The notes beneath the pieces were generated by a model. That model did no database searches, was not told where the DNA came from, and worked only from the letters and a program-made list of their open reading frames with translations. 64,000 nt of DNA, from the NCBI RefSeq assembly GCF_006345805.1, contig NC_043013.1:29574001-29638000 (forward strand), written 5' to 3'. The position numbers and the translations under genes are program-made. Origin of the DNA: Octopus sinensis. Its lineage: Eukaryota. Shown in pieces: positions 13,738 through 26,999 of this stretch. How positions within the stretch are numbered: position 1 is the first letter of the stretch; each line of letters starts with the position of its first letter.

Positions 13738-13965
13738 TATTTCTTTACTACCCACAAGGGGCTAAACACAGAGAGGACAAACAAGGACAGACAAACGGAT
13801 TAAGCCAATTATGTCGACCCCAGTGTGTGACTGGTACTTATTTAATCGACCCCGAAAGGATGAAAGGCAAAGTCGACCTCGGCGGAATTTGAACTCAGAA
13901 CGTAATGGCAGACGAAATACGGCTACGCATTTCGCTCGGCGTGCTAACGTTTCTGCCAGCTCGCT
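13738..13965 (-). mobile_element. SINE B with a target-site duplication of about 15 bp (GGCTAGTGACA.ACC)
   Basis: Direct repeats at about 13723-13737 and 13966-13980. Confidence 0.85.
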
Positions 13966-14056
13966 GGCTAGTGACAAACCTAATAAAAAGATGTAAAGGT
14001 CAGTAACAACTCCGTGCAAAAGTGCATGTTTGGCTAAAAGGGATTGAAGCACTTAC

Positions 14057-14245
14057 CTGTACTCTGATTGTCTCAATGTAATTTGTTCCATAGGCTCGTC
14101 GTGTAAAGTCAGAGAGGTTAAACTGTATCTGATTCCAGCTGTCATCAAGACGCATCGGCATAGTGCAAATGAAAGGTTTTACACGGGTGGTACTCTGGTA
14201 GTTGCTGGCTCGGAATCGACGCCGGACACTTTTGTCATCTAAAAC
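14057..14245 (-). CDS. CFAP20: CFAP20 coding exon 4 ([63 protein letters not shown])
   Basis: TTGTAG| acceptor, 189 nt, CAG|GTAAGT donor. Confidence 0.97.
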
Positions 14246-14832
14246 CTACAACAAATCAAACAAAATCATACATGTGTGTTTGTATGCATGATTGTACTAC
14301 TGTTTTACATCCACTTCTCCATAGTAGCATTAGTTAGATGAATACATATTACTGAAGCACTATGTTAAAGATTCTTCCCTTCCAGTTCTTTTATTCATTT
14401 ATTTGTTTCAGTTTTATCATGGGACTTAATTTTTAAGCCTAGTGCTTATTCTATTGGTCTCTTTGCTGAACTGACTGCTAAGTTACAGGGACATAAACAG
14501 GCACAAAGAAACACACACATACACATATACAAGAAGCTTCTTTCAGTTTCCATTTACCAAATCCACTCACAAGGCCTGAGTAGAAGACACTTGCCTAAGG
14601 TGCCACGCAGTGGGACTGAACCGGGAACTATGTGGTTGGGAAGTAAGCTTCTTTACTACACAGCCTCGCCTTTTTTTATTTATTTTTTTAAATTAGGGAT
14701 TTCTCAGTCTATCTGTCTTTGAAAGAGCAGAGCTAGTGAATATGGATAGAAGGAATTGTCAACAGACAACATCAATGGTAGATGAACACATTTTTTTCAG
14801 GTACACAGAAAAAAAAATATATATATATATAT

Positions 14833-15033
14833 AATTTTAAAATAGGATAAAATCTTTATAAGAATTTATCAAGTAGTCAGCCTAATCATAAGGGAAAAAT
14901 TCATAATCATTCCCTTTAAATATATTTTTAATATAAATAAATATATTTAAAGGGAATAATTATGAATTTTTCCCTTATGATTAGGCTGACTACTTGATAA
15001 ATTCTTATAAAGATTTTATCCTATTTTAAAATT
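14833..15033. repeat. Long inverted repeat (95-bp arms, 1 mismatch, 11-nt loop) flanked by (TA)n; probable foldback MITE
   Basis: Arms 14833-14927 and 14939-15033 are reverse complements except one C/T. Confidence 0.9.
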
Positions 15034-16139
15034 ATATATATATATATACATATACATATACACACACACACACACACAACTGACCTCACCTATGCTGATG
15101 CCACGTAAGAAGCACTCGGTCCACTCTGTAGGGTGGTTGGTTTTAGGAAGGGCATCAAAAATCATGGCAAAACAGACACAGAAGCCTGGTGTAGTCTTCT
15201 ACCTGGCCAGCTCCCAACAAACTGTCCAACTCATGCCAGCATGGAAAGTGAATGTTAAACAATGATGATGATGATCATGCATATATATATATATATATAT
15301 GTGTGTGTATATATATATATATATATATAATATATATATATATATATTTATTCCAAACAACAACTTCATAATGAAAAAGTTATTTTAATAAATTTTACAG
15401 TTTTTTTTTTCACGATTAATTCAACATAAACATGGTAACAAGAGGGTTAACCAGATTGTCTTCATTGTAATTACATCTTGTCCATTTCTTACTTTTAAAA
15501 GCAAGGTCTTTTTTCACGGCTAGACTCTTTCCCTGTTGCTAATCATTTTACAGCAAGAATTTGGTGCATTTTGTGGTTCATATGCAAAATTAAGGAATTG
15601 GAATGTGAATCCATATGACTCACATCATCCTCATCGTCATCATCACTTAATGTCCCTGTTCCATACTGGCATAGTTTGAGTCCCAGGACCTGTTAAGTCC
15701 AAGGACTGCATCTGTGCCTGTTCTGGTGTCTGCTTTGGCAGGATTTCTATGACTGGATGCCCTTTGTTTCAGATAAATGTATAGTATTTAATGTTGTTCA
15801 TTATTCTTCTCCAGGGTAAGAGCAAGCAAATGACATGCTGTAAAGTTCACGGCTTTCTTAAGGACATAAGTAATGCAAGTAAAACGAAATAATATGGCTT
15901 CCAGCAAGGATGATTAAATTGACCTCTTGCTCTTGTAACTTCACCAACTTCTGAACTGAACACAGCACCATACATAAATAGATGCATGTATACATGCACG
16001 AATGTATGAAGATATGTAAACACTCATCTATCCTCAATGGGTCTCCCAAGGTAGTCTGAGCTGTTAATACTCTAACAATTTCTCTAGTGATGTTCTGCAA
16101 ACAACTTGCACATGCAAGTGCTACCAGTCGAGAACTTCG

Positions 16140-16438
16140 CATACCGAAAGCCAGCAAGTATATAGGGTCATCAGGTTTCGGGGCCTACCTCTCGATGGCA
16201 TCAATGCGCACCGGCCCCACTCAGTGATGTGAGGTCCCGCTTGCTAGATCTACTGCTTATCAAATAAAGCTCAATAGTGGCTGTGTGGTAAGTAGCTTGC
16301 TAACCAACCACATGGTTCCGGGGTCAGTCCCACTGCGTGGCATCTTGGGCAAGTGTCTTCTGCTATAGCCCTGGGCCGACCAATGCCTTGTGAGTGGATT
16401 TGGTAGACGGAAACTGAAAGAAGCCTGTCGTATATATG

Positions 16439-16471
<33 letters not shown>

Positions 16472-17240
16472 TTGTGTGTCTGTGTTTGTCCCCCTAGTAT
16501 TGCTTGACAACTGATGCTGGTGTGTTTACGTCCATCACTTAGCGATTCGGCAAGAGACCAATAGAATAAGTACTGGGCTTACAAAGAATAAGTCCTGGGG
16601 TCGATTTGCTCAACTAAAGGCAGTGCTCCAGCATGGCTGCAGTCAAATGACTGAAACAAGTAAAAGAGTCTTCTAGCGATTGCTCATTGTCTCTTTTTAA
16701 CCAAATCCAGTGGCTTGCCTTTTCCATTGCAGTTTGGATATCAGTCATGGTGGTATTTACTTTACAATTTGTTAGGCTTAACGATAACAACAGTCGCCTC
16801 ACACAGTGTCCAAAAAACCCCTCTAAATCGGACTTCTATTGGAAAATGCTCTGCTTTCCAGTCTATGTCTTCACATTCCTCGAGGAGATTTACATAACAG
16901 TCAATCTTTTGAGCCCGATTGGCATTCATGTTACCTTCATGAGGAACCATTAACTTGACTAAATTCACAACTTTCTTTCTCTCACACCACAAAGTTACAG
17001 ACTAGCATTCACAGAATGTGATATATGTTATACATTTAGGTCAACTGGTTATGAAAACTTATCCTAACACACTGGAGAACATCGGAAGAAAAAAATTGAT
17101 TTTATGGTTGATGATTCTTTCAGTCTTTATACAGTCCATAAGCCAAACATGGTTAGGTAAATCGATCTCCAGAAGTTATGACACATGGATACTAGTTCTA
17201 GAGCAAGTGCAAGGGAGATAACCTTCGCCTAGCATAGGCA
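16140..17240 (-). mobile_element. HERO-clade (restriction-like endonuclease) non-LTR retrotransposon 3' relic, interrupted by SINE A (about 16272-16668)
   Basis: LVKLMVPHEGN...EEC...W.AEHFPIEVRFRG...AMEKASHWIWLKR matches the HERO C-terminus; GC-rich 3'UTR-like segment at 16160-16250. Confidence 0.7.
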
Positions 17241-17318
17241 ACAACGTTTTAGGATACTTGTTCTGTAATACATATCCTTCTAATACATGTGTGTGTGGAG
17301 GCACAATGGCCCAGTGGT

Positions 17319-17670
17319 TAGAGCAGCAGATATGCGGTCGTAGGATCGCGGTTTCGATTCCCAGACTGGGCCTTGTGAGTGTTTATTGAGCGAAAACACC
17401 TCAAGTTCCACGAGGCTCCGGCAGGGGGTGGTGGCGAACCCTGATATACTCTTTCACCATAACTTTCTCTCACTCTTTCTTCCTGTTTCTCTTGTACCTG
17501 TATTTCAAAGGGCCAGTCTTCTCACATTCTTTATCATGCTGAATCTCCCTGAGAACTACATTAAGGGTACATGTGTCTGTGGAATGCTTAGCCACATGCA
17601 CGTTAATTTCACGAGCAGGCTGTTCCATTGATTGGATCAACTGGAACCCTCATCATCACAACCGACAAGG
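17319..17670 (+). mobile_element. SINE D head and central domain joined to a family-E tail
   Basis: Switches from the D domain to ...GAATCTCCCTGAGAACTACATTAAGGGTAC..., as in 5866-6182. Confidence 0.7.
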
Positions 17671-18985
17671 TGCCACCAATATATGTATGTGTGTGCACAC
17701 ACACACACATATATATATCTATATATAGTATCAAATATTTCAATGGAGCTAAAACTTTTGTTGTTGCTCAAAGTTTATCATGTCAGCTCTAAAGGAAATT
17801 ATGAAAAATGCAATGTTAGAGAGAAGCTTAACTAGAGCAACCCTCGAATTGATATAAACAGTAATTTCATTGCAAGACTTTCAAGAGACAGATGGTTCAA
17901 ATCTTGTGAAAGGAACTGTTCACGTTTTGCAGATTTACACTGTGCTTCTAAATATATTATGCCAATGACTTTTGACAGATCCTGTCCCACCACCAACACC
18001 AAAAATAAAACAAAATAAATAAATAAAAAACAAACAAAAAAATCCTCTCTACTCCCTATTTTATAGAAAAACCACCCAAGTGTGAAAGCAAGGAAAAAGA
18101 GTAACAGAAAAAAAAAGGTCTCATGAAATTTGCCAATTCTTGAGTATCATTATCATCATCATCATCGTCATTTAACCTCCACTTTTCCATACTTGCAGGG
18201 AACAAAAGGAACTTGTTGAGACAGGTTTTCTATGGCTAGATTCCTTTTGTGTTGCCAGCCATCACTTTTTGTCAGCAACATATTTTCTATGGAAGACTGA
18301 GAATGAAGGACACTGCATGTTTGACAGTGATGCTCGTTTACAATCACCATATGATGTAAAGACATGGATATACACAAACACACACATATGTGTCTAGCAA
18401 ATCCACTCACAAGTTTTTGATCAGCCTGGGGTGGGGGTCTATAGTAGAAAACACTTGCCCAAGGTGCCATGCAGAAGGGTGCTGAACCCAAGGAAACTTG
18501 GTCACAAAGCAAGCTTCTGAACCACATGGGCTGGAATAGCTCTTAATTATAATAATTAAGCTTCATTACTATTGGGTCGTTCCATAAATAATGCGGCTTT
18601 TTCAATTGCATGAACTAAAAGTCAGAGGGGGATGGGATAAACTACCAGCATCAACTTGCTATAAAAGCAGGTAGGAATTTTTACCTTGTCTTTATTTTTA
18701 GTGCAAGTTTTGAAGGGTGCAGTTCGATTTCAACAGTTATTTTTTCAAAGCTATAATGTAAGTGACAGAGGAGTATATTCAGCCTTATTTATGGGATGAC
18801 CCAATACTTGAGGGCTGCAATGGGACATTATTACATACATACATACATACTAACACATACACAGCACAACAAGGTTCAGAAAGAGAACCGCTTTTCAAGA
18901 AAGAAATATTTGGACCAAGCATCTCTATGATATCAAGTGTGAAATTATTGAGTTAGAATGAGTCAAGAGCAAATATGCTATTTAC

Positions 18986-19097
18986 CTGTACTTCAAATGT
19001 GAAATATTTTTTGAGATTTTTAATTATCATCACCAAAAAGGGTAGTTTGATGCCAAGAGTTTTCTTTGGATCAGCAGGACATGTAATGTATGTGGTA
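18986..19097 (-). CDS. CFAP20: CFAP20 coding exon 3 ([37 protein letters not shown])
   Basis: TTTTGCAG| acceptor, 112 nt, CAG|GTAAAT donor; phase matches exon 2 (80+112=192). Confidence 0.97.
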
Positions 19098-19338
19098 CTG
19101 CAAAAATAGTCAAATAAGATACAATAATAATAATAATGACTTACAAACACATACAACATACAGAAAATTGCACTACTAGGCACTGCACACATCCTATGCG
19201 GAACACTTTCCATACAATAACCATCAGAGCATTACAACAAATTACAGCACATACCCAAGGCACACAGAGCTGCGCTCGGTAGTGAAGTGAAAGCACACTA
19301 TAAAAATAAAACTACAGAACAATAATAATAATAATAAT

Positions 19339-19778
19339 GCTTTCATATTTCGGCACAAGGCCAGCAATTTTAGGGGAAGGGATAAGTTGAATACATTGAC
19401 CCCAGTATTCAACTGGTACTTATTTCATCAAAGCCAAAAGGATGAAAGACAAAATTGCCCTTGGCAGAATTTGAACTCAGAATGTTAAGATGAATGAAAT
19501 GCCGCTAAGCATTTGGCTTGGGATGCTAACGATTCTGCCAGCTCGCCACCTAAACAACAATAATAATAATCCTTTCTACTAAAGGTACGAGGCCTGAATT
19601 TTAAGGGCAAGGGGATAGTCAATAACATTGACCTCAGTACTTGACAGGTACTTATTTTATTGACCCTGAGAAGATGAAAGACAAAGTCAACCTCGGCAGA
19701 ATTTGAACTTAAAAGGCAGACCAAATGCCACTAAACATTTCCCCCTGGCTTTATAATGATTCTGCCAGCTTGCCACCT
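19339..19778 (-). mobile_element. Two head-to-tail SINE B variants separated and flanked by (AAT/AAC)n
   Basis: Copies at about 19339-19550 and 19571-19778. Confidence 0.75.
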
Positions 19779-22242
19779 TAACAACAACAATAATAGTATC
19801 TCCACCGTCATCTCTCTCGCTATCACTCCCTTTATCTTACTCTACAACTGACTTTCCCTTGTTTTCCAACAAGGATATCGACATACCCACTCTACAGCAA
19901 GATACCTATACCTGTCCCCCCCCCTCTACCTTAAATCTCTTGACTGGCACAAAGTCCCACCCACTCAATACTACCCCTGCCCCATAGAGAGGGTTCTTGT
20001 CTTGCAAGGTACTTGGCGATCCTGTCAGTGCAGGTGATGGTGCCATGTAAAATGATGATGAATAGCCCTTTCAAATTTTGGCTAAGCTGATTGCAATGAT
20101 AAAATAAAGTACCAGCACTTGACTGGTACTTTATTTTATTGACTCTGAAAAGACAGAAGATAAAGTCGACCATTGCAGGATTTGAACTCAGAACATAAAA
20201 ACACCCAAAAGAAATAACACAAAGCCTTTTGTCTGGTATGCTAATGATTCTGTCAGCTTGCCACCCAACTGGTTTCAAATTTTAGCACGGGGTCAGTAGT
20301 TTTAGGTTGAAGGGGTTAGTTGACAACATCAACCCCAATACTTGACCTTGGTGGAATTTGAACTCAGAACATGAAGGACCAGAAGAAATAGCACTAAGCA
20401 GTTCATCCAGCTTGGCACCTCATAATAATAATAATGATAATCCTTTCTATTATGGGCACAAGGCCTGAAATTTTTTTGGGGGAGGGGACATCAATCACAG
20501 AATTTCACTGGTACTTAATCTATTAACCCCAAAAGGATGAGAGGCAAAGTTGACCTCAGAATGTAGCAATGGACAAGGCGGTGAGCTGGCAGAAATGTTA
20601 GCATGCTAGGTGAAATGCTAAGCAGTATTTCATCTGTCTTTACGTTCTGAGTTCAAATTCTGCCATGGTTTACTTTGCCTTTTATCCTTTCGGGGTCAAA
20701 AAAATTAAGTAGCAGTTGTATACCGGAGTTGAGCTAATCGACTGGCTCCCTCCCACAAAATTTCAGGCCTTGTGCCTAAAGTAGAAAAGGACATAGTGAT
20801 GGGTGAAATACCGCTAAGCATTTCGTCCAGCATGCTGTCTTAATAATGATAATAACAATCCTTTTCCCTATAGGCACGAAGCTGAAATTTTGGGGATGAG
20901 TTAGTCAATTCCACTAACTGCAGCACTTGACAAGTGCTGATAATAATAATAACACTGATAATAATAATAACAACAATGTTAATACTGATGATAATAATAA
21001 TAAATAAACAGATTAAATATGAGGTTATAATCTGCTATAAATAAAAGTATTTTGGAGAGACATGAAAATATAACAGTAACTAATTGATATAGTATAAAAC
21101 AACTAACATTTCAAAAACATTGTGATGCTATGAGCTTATGTTTAGAAAGATATTGCCTTGTTGGTTTTGGCAGTTTTTTTTGTAATTAAAATCCTCTATC
21201 CTTTAACTTGTATTTCTATTGCAGCTCATTTTTCAAGCAACTGATTTGGGTTTTTAATATTATGTAAATTACCCCTTGTTTATAACATAACAAAACAAGC
21301 AAGGCTGCATGTTTTACATTCACCCTTTTCTAAAATAGTAAAAATTTCAAAATAACAAAAACAAAATGGGAATTTCAATATCCTGAAATACCAGAGTGGC
21401 TACTGAAGCAAATAATCAAACAAACATGATAAGAACAGCAGCTCCTAATATTTTCGTTGTTAGGCATGTTGGATTGGAGTTAAATAATTGTAGGCTTACA
21501 CAATATGACTTTGATGGCTGATTACATAATATGTAATGATGCATAAATAAACTATGTTAATCATCAACTCCCACACAAAAGACGAACTAGTTCAAACCTT
21601 CTGCCTCAAACAAATACAAAACCCCCAACAACATTTAGTGAATATGGATGCATAGAAGCCCTATCAGTTTCAGTAAGGCATGAATGGCAATGCATCAGAC
21701 ACAAACTATTTCCATGCTTGAAACGATTCTAAAAATGGTAAATCATCAGATTCACAATTTCCGCTTGAGCAATTTGATCAAATTGTATATAATCTGTGAG
21801 AGCCACAGTTGAAGTATCTTTGGGTTGTATTCATGACTGATGGGAAGCAGGAGGCTGAATCCATCATCATCATCATTGTTCAACATCTGCTTTCTGTGCA
21901 GGCATGGGTTGGGTGGTTTAATAGGAGCCAGCCAGGTAGAAGACTACACCAGGCTTCTGTGCCTGTTTCAACATCGTTTTTACAGCTGGATGCCCTTCCT
22001 AGCACCAACCACCCCGTGGAGTGGATCGAGTGTTTTTTACACGGCATCAGCATAGGTGAGGTCAGTTTTAGCATGGTTTTCACAGCTAGATGTCTTTCCA
22101 AATGCCAACCACTTCAGTGTGGACTGGATGCTTTTTACATGGTAACAGCACTGGCTGGGTCTCAATATTCAAAGTAGATAAACCTGGCTGCTGGAAGAGA
22201 AGGAATTTATAGAGTGAGAATAATGAAGCTGGTGGTATTTAC

Positions 22243-22322
22243 CTGACATTTGTGCCAACTATTTCCAGAACCAATGATTGGATATCATTGTCTGTGATTC
22301 GTTTGATGTGACCATTACGAAC
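22243..22322 (-). CDS. CFAP20: CFAP20 coding exon 2 ([27 protein letters not shown])
   Basis: TTGCAG| acceptor, 80 nt, AG|GTAAAT donor; continues the frame of exon 1; not in the ORF track. Confidence 0.97.
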
Positions 22323-23279
22323 CTGCAAGACAATATCAGAAACAAATCAATAATTACATACAAGTAAACACAACTGTTTATTGAAGTAAGCATGCTGGAG
22401 ATGGTTAACACACTACAAACCCTGGCATACTTCAGAGGGAGGTTATATTTCTTAACCCTTTAACATTCAGATTACTCTGTCAAATGTAATGCTTGTTATT
22501 TCCACATTGTTTTGAATTAAACTTGTACTATCTTGTAGCTTTGAGGTTTTGATGATGTGATTGCTGATTGCTTGTTTTTAGAATGATCATGTAGGTGTGT
22601 GAGGCTGGATCTGGCTGGATAAACTCTTCCTTCTTTACATCAATAATCTGACCTAACCAAACACACAGTCCTATTCTCCACCCCACATTAACCATCCATC
22701 CACATGAAATCTAGATACATCATGTTGGATTTGCACTGTTTTCTAACACAGAAATCACGATATCAGCCCTCCAATATGTGCATGGAAAACTAGTTGCTTT
22801 CTAAATCAATTCAGAACAACTACAAATATCTTGCAAGAACAAAACACATAACTAAAGCACTCAATTTTGTTGATGACTACACATATTTCTCTGTTAAAAA
22901 TCTTTTCCAAAAACTATATTTACTTTACAGTGGAAAAATACTCCAAATTTATTAGTGGTTGATATTCCCATAAAGCTCAATTAAGATCCACAATTAAGTA
23001 CTAGAACATGCATCTCAGACAATGCTGTTGCAACTCAAACATGCTATACTGTGACAGGAAAGTGATCCAGTTTATGACTAAAATGCAACAACTTCTTCCT
23101 GCTGTTTCAACAGCTATTGCACTGGCCTCTTTGTCTCTGAGCTAGGTAGGCTGCATAACCATCTACTCAGGCAATACACTTGATTCAAAGCATCTCACTG
23201 AAGACATACACTATCTGATATACATACTAACACAATGTGTATGTATGTATATATGAATGACTGTCTGTCACAAATGACC

Positions 23280-23855
23280 ATGTGTGCACCTAAGAGGTTC
23301 TCCTCCGGGGTACAAGTCTGAGTGGAAAGTTGCCTCACCTGCAAATGCACAACCTAGGATTGTTTTTATGGAAGACCAGCAGTCGCCCATGCATACCAGC
23401 CTCCCCTCTCCATGCCACCAATGTTATCCAAGGGAAGGGCAAAGGCCCATACAGCTTGGCACCAGTGAACCAGTGAGCCATGCACCTTCACACACACATA
23501 TATAGAGAGAGTAAAGGGTGAAGATCCTCTTCCATCATGAATGACCATGGAACTGTACCTAGAAAGTTCCCTACTGAAGTACAAGTGTGGGCAAATTTGT
23601 TTATGGAAGACCACCAATTGCACATGCATACCAGCCTCCCCTCTCCATGCCACTGACATTATCCAAGAGAAAGGCAAAGGCCAATACAGCTTCGCACCAG
23701 TGACATCACAACTCATTTCTACAGCTGAGTGAAGTGGAGCAATGTGAAATAAAGTGTCTTGCTCAAGAACACAACACGCAGCTTGGTCCGGTAATCAAAC
23801 TCATAACCTTACAATCATACGCTTGATGCTCTGACCACTGAGCCATGCGGCTTCA
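23280..23855 (-). mobile_element. Diverged tRNA-SINE (E-like head) with a duplicated tail segment
   Basis: Segment TTTATGGAAGACCA...CATACCAGCCTCCC...GCACCAGTGA occurs twice (about 23365-23467 and 23600-23703). Confidence 0.6.
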
Positions 23856-26800
23856 CAATATATGTGTGTGTTTCTTATCCTTTGGTTTTCACTAGTGTCA
23901 GTCATTAGACTGAGGCATTGCTTTGAAAAATTGTAGTTGAACAAATATTCCTCACTAGTTATTTTCCTTTTTTTAAGCCTGGTACTTCTTCTTCCACACT
24001 GTGGACCAGAATTGCTAAGTTACAGTGATGTAAACACACCAAAACTGGCTGTCAAGAGGTGATGTGTGTACAAACACACAGACACACACACACCTATACA
24101 TATATATACATATATAAACACACATCTATATAAAGTGAGAGTTTACAGTTCCATTATAGGTAGGATCAACAAGAAAATGATCACAAGGAATCACCATTTT
24201 CAGACTACTAGAGGCTACAATCATACATACATACATATTTGTATTGCTAAGTCAATAGAACAGGTTTGTCACACACTGGATTATCAGTGGAATGTTCAGT
24301 CACTTACATAGTAATCCAATTCCACTAACTCCAAGACTAAAAGAATGGAAAATATTTATGGACACAGAATTTCTTCTCCCTCTAGACTAGTGTTGCATAA
24401 AGAATATCTCTTACCTTTTCCCAGTTCACCAACCTGATTTCCACCATATATATATATATAATGAACTAGTCTTGTATACAAGACTCTTTATGGCATCATG
24501 TTAAATATAATCTAACATTAGTATCCTTAAAATCAACCTTAAGTGAAATAAGTCTTGTCAAATTAGTGTAAATTATTCTTTTATTCGTTTCAGTCATTTG
24601 ACTGTGGCAATGCTGGAGCACCACCTTTAGATGAACAAATTGACCCCAGGACTTATTCTTTGTAAGCCTAGTACTTATTCTATCGGTGTCTTTTGCCGAA
24701 CCGCTAAGTTACGGGGGCGTAAACACACCGGCAACGGTTGTCAAGCGATGTTGGGGCGGGGGAGACAAACACAGACACACAAACATGTGGTTGGTAAGCA
24801 AGCTACTTACCACACAGCCACTCCTGCATCTATGATAAAGAATTCTTCAGCCTTAATACAATTTCCTCAAAGGAATCTTGAAGTTTTGATACATTTTTTT
24901 ACTCTTACGTTCATCTCGCAAGACAAGCATAATCTCTGATCAGTGATCTTTCGGAATAGCTATTAACTTCTCAGCCACCCAGGCTAAGAGGTGAATTCAA
25001 AATCAATAGGGCAATACTAACAAGGGACCATGCATGAGGTAACTCGTTCCCCACAACAAAACATAAATAAAAAAACAGCCAAATCTTCCTCAAATTACAC
25101 TCTCCATCGACTTAAGGCAAAGCACACATTTGATAATGTAGTTCAAGATAAAGTAAGAAAGGCCGGAAAAATCACAAACGGGATGGTTTTGATCACAGGT
25201 CCGCTAGATCAGGGCTAACCCAGGGAGATACAATAAAACATATGCCAAGCCGCAGTAATAACAAGATTGTACGGTTGGGCTATTCTAGGACTAAGGTAGG
25301 ATTATTTATTTATTTTTGCATATCTGAAAACCAAGAAAACGGAATAAAATGTGATAACGACAGATGAAGATTTCAAAATCTCCACTGAAAATTCCCAACG
25401 ATAATGTTCTTGGGCGAAAGGTACCAACGACCACACCCACCCGGTTCTCTCCGCTGAAAGAGAAAAAGGTCTTTGTTTCATGATAAACAAAAAGTCAATT
25501 ACGAAATATATACGAAAGTAACGCTCAACCACTCTCAATAAAACAATTTACCCGGGAATAAGTCAAGGGAAATAACTGAAATAGACAGACTACAAAAAAG
25601 TGTTGGAAATAAAATATAAAATACATGACCGGACCACTTAACCGGCTTTCAGAGACCCGGGAATATTGTGCAATATTCTATAACCTTTATTGAACATACA
25701 AACCCTATTTTTGAAGTTGGTTAATTTGCATATTGAGTGTTAAAAATAGTTCTGTCCTTTACCTTTCTTGTGTGGATCAATAAAGATTAAACATAGTCTG
25801 CTTTAGAAGTGTATTAATTTGAATCTGTATCTGTTAAATGAAATTATGTTCTCTACTCTCCTTTGTCTAATTTTCATCCTATAAACGTTATACTGTATAC
25901 ATAGCAGAGTATGGTGTATTTAAAGAGTTTTAAGTGGATTAATAAATATCAAACAGACTCTGCTTTAGAAGTGTGTTAATGGGAATCTGCTATGCACAAT
26001 TTAGTTCTTTACTTTTCACAGTTTATCTTATATTTCAAGTGCATGTTTTAGGGTGTCTCTTGAAAATAGGAAAATTCACAATCCCGGACACTTCCGGTTC
26101 CAAGAGTACCGGATAATTTGTCCGGTACTGTATAAATAAATGGTAATAATAATAAGAAGAAGATGCGTTTAGTCGATCGTAAGATAAAGAATTTGACTTG
26201 AGTTATAGTTAATGTTCATCGATTCCGTTGTTTGGAAATAGATAATTCTGTGTGAAATAAAAATGAGAACTTGTCATTTTCTTTTGTTTCCTTATTGAGG
26301 ATGATTCGTGATATATCGTTGTAAAACAGGGATCGAATTCAAGTTGTAGTTTAACAAAGCCGGGAGTTACTAAGGAAAATAGCAAGACAGACAACTTCAA
26401 CTGCACTATTTTCTCTATTTATAACACTTGCACATGTATCTGAGCAGGCATACGTTTTATAAAATGTTAAATTCATTTATTTATTGGCATTTAAAACAAT
26501 ATAAACTGTATTTAATTAATGCTGGGGGCATAAAAAAATTAACCATTCATTCATTAACCTAAGTTTATAAGTTTCGCTCAAGAGACAGCGATTAAGAGAG
26601 AGATGGCGTGTAATTACTGCTATGACAGTAAACAAAAGCAACAAAAACTAATAAACAAAGGAACGTGATCAACAAGGTGTAATAATCAAGTAATATCTGA
26701 GAAGACGATTCGGATTGCTTATATGTTAAACAGCTTTTATGTAAAAGTGTTATCGTATTTTTTAAAAACTTTCAAGCGTAAAATCATAATTAATATAAAA

Positions 26801-26999
26801 CAAAGATGCGGTCTTGTATCTTGTACAATATAATATTTATTGTACACGCAACTGATATTCCAAGATTTTTCACATCAATACATTAAAAAGGTATGCTGTT
26901 GCTAAGAATGTGAATAAATTAATAACAATAATAATATGTATATATTTTTCTTTTGATGATGCACTTTAAAATTAAACTCGAGGAAAACGAAGCACTCAC

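Noticed and set aside
16160-16250. Possible hammerhead or HDV-like ribozyme (CTGATGA, GAAA and a GGGGCC/GGCCCC stem)
   Set aside because: The core elements are in the wrong order, with no NUH/stem III and no HDV P3/L3; it is better explained as the HERO 3'UTR
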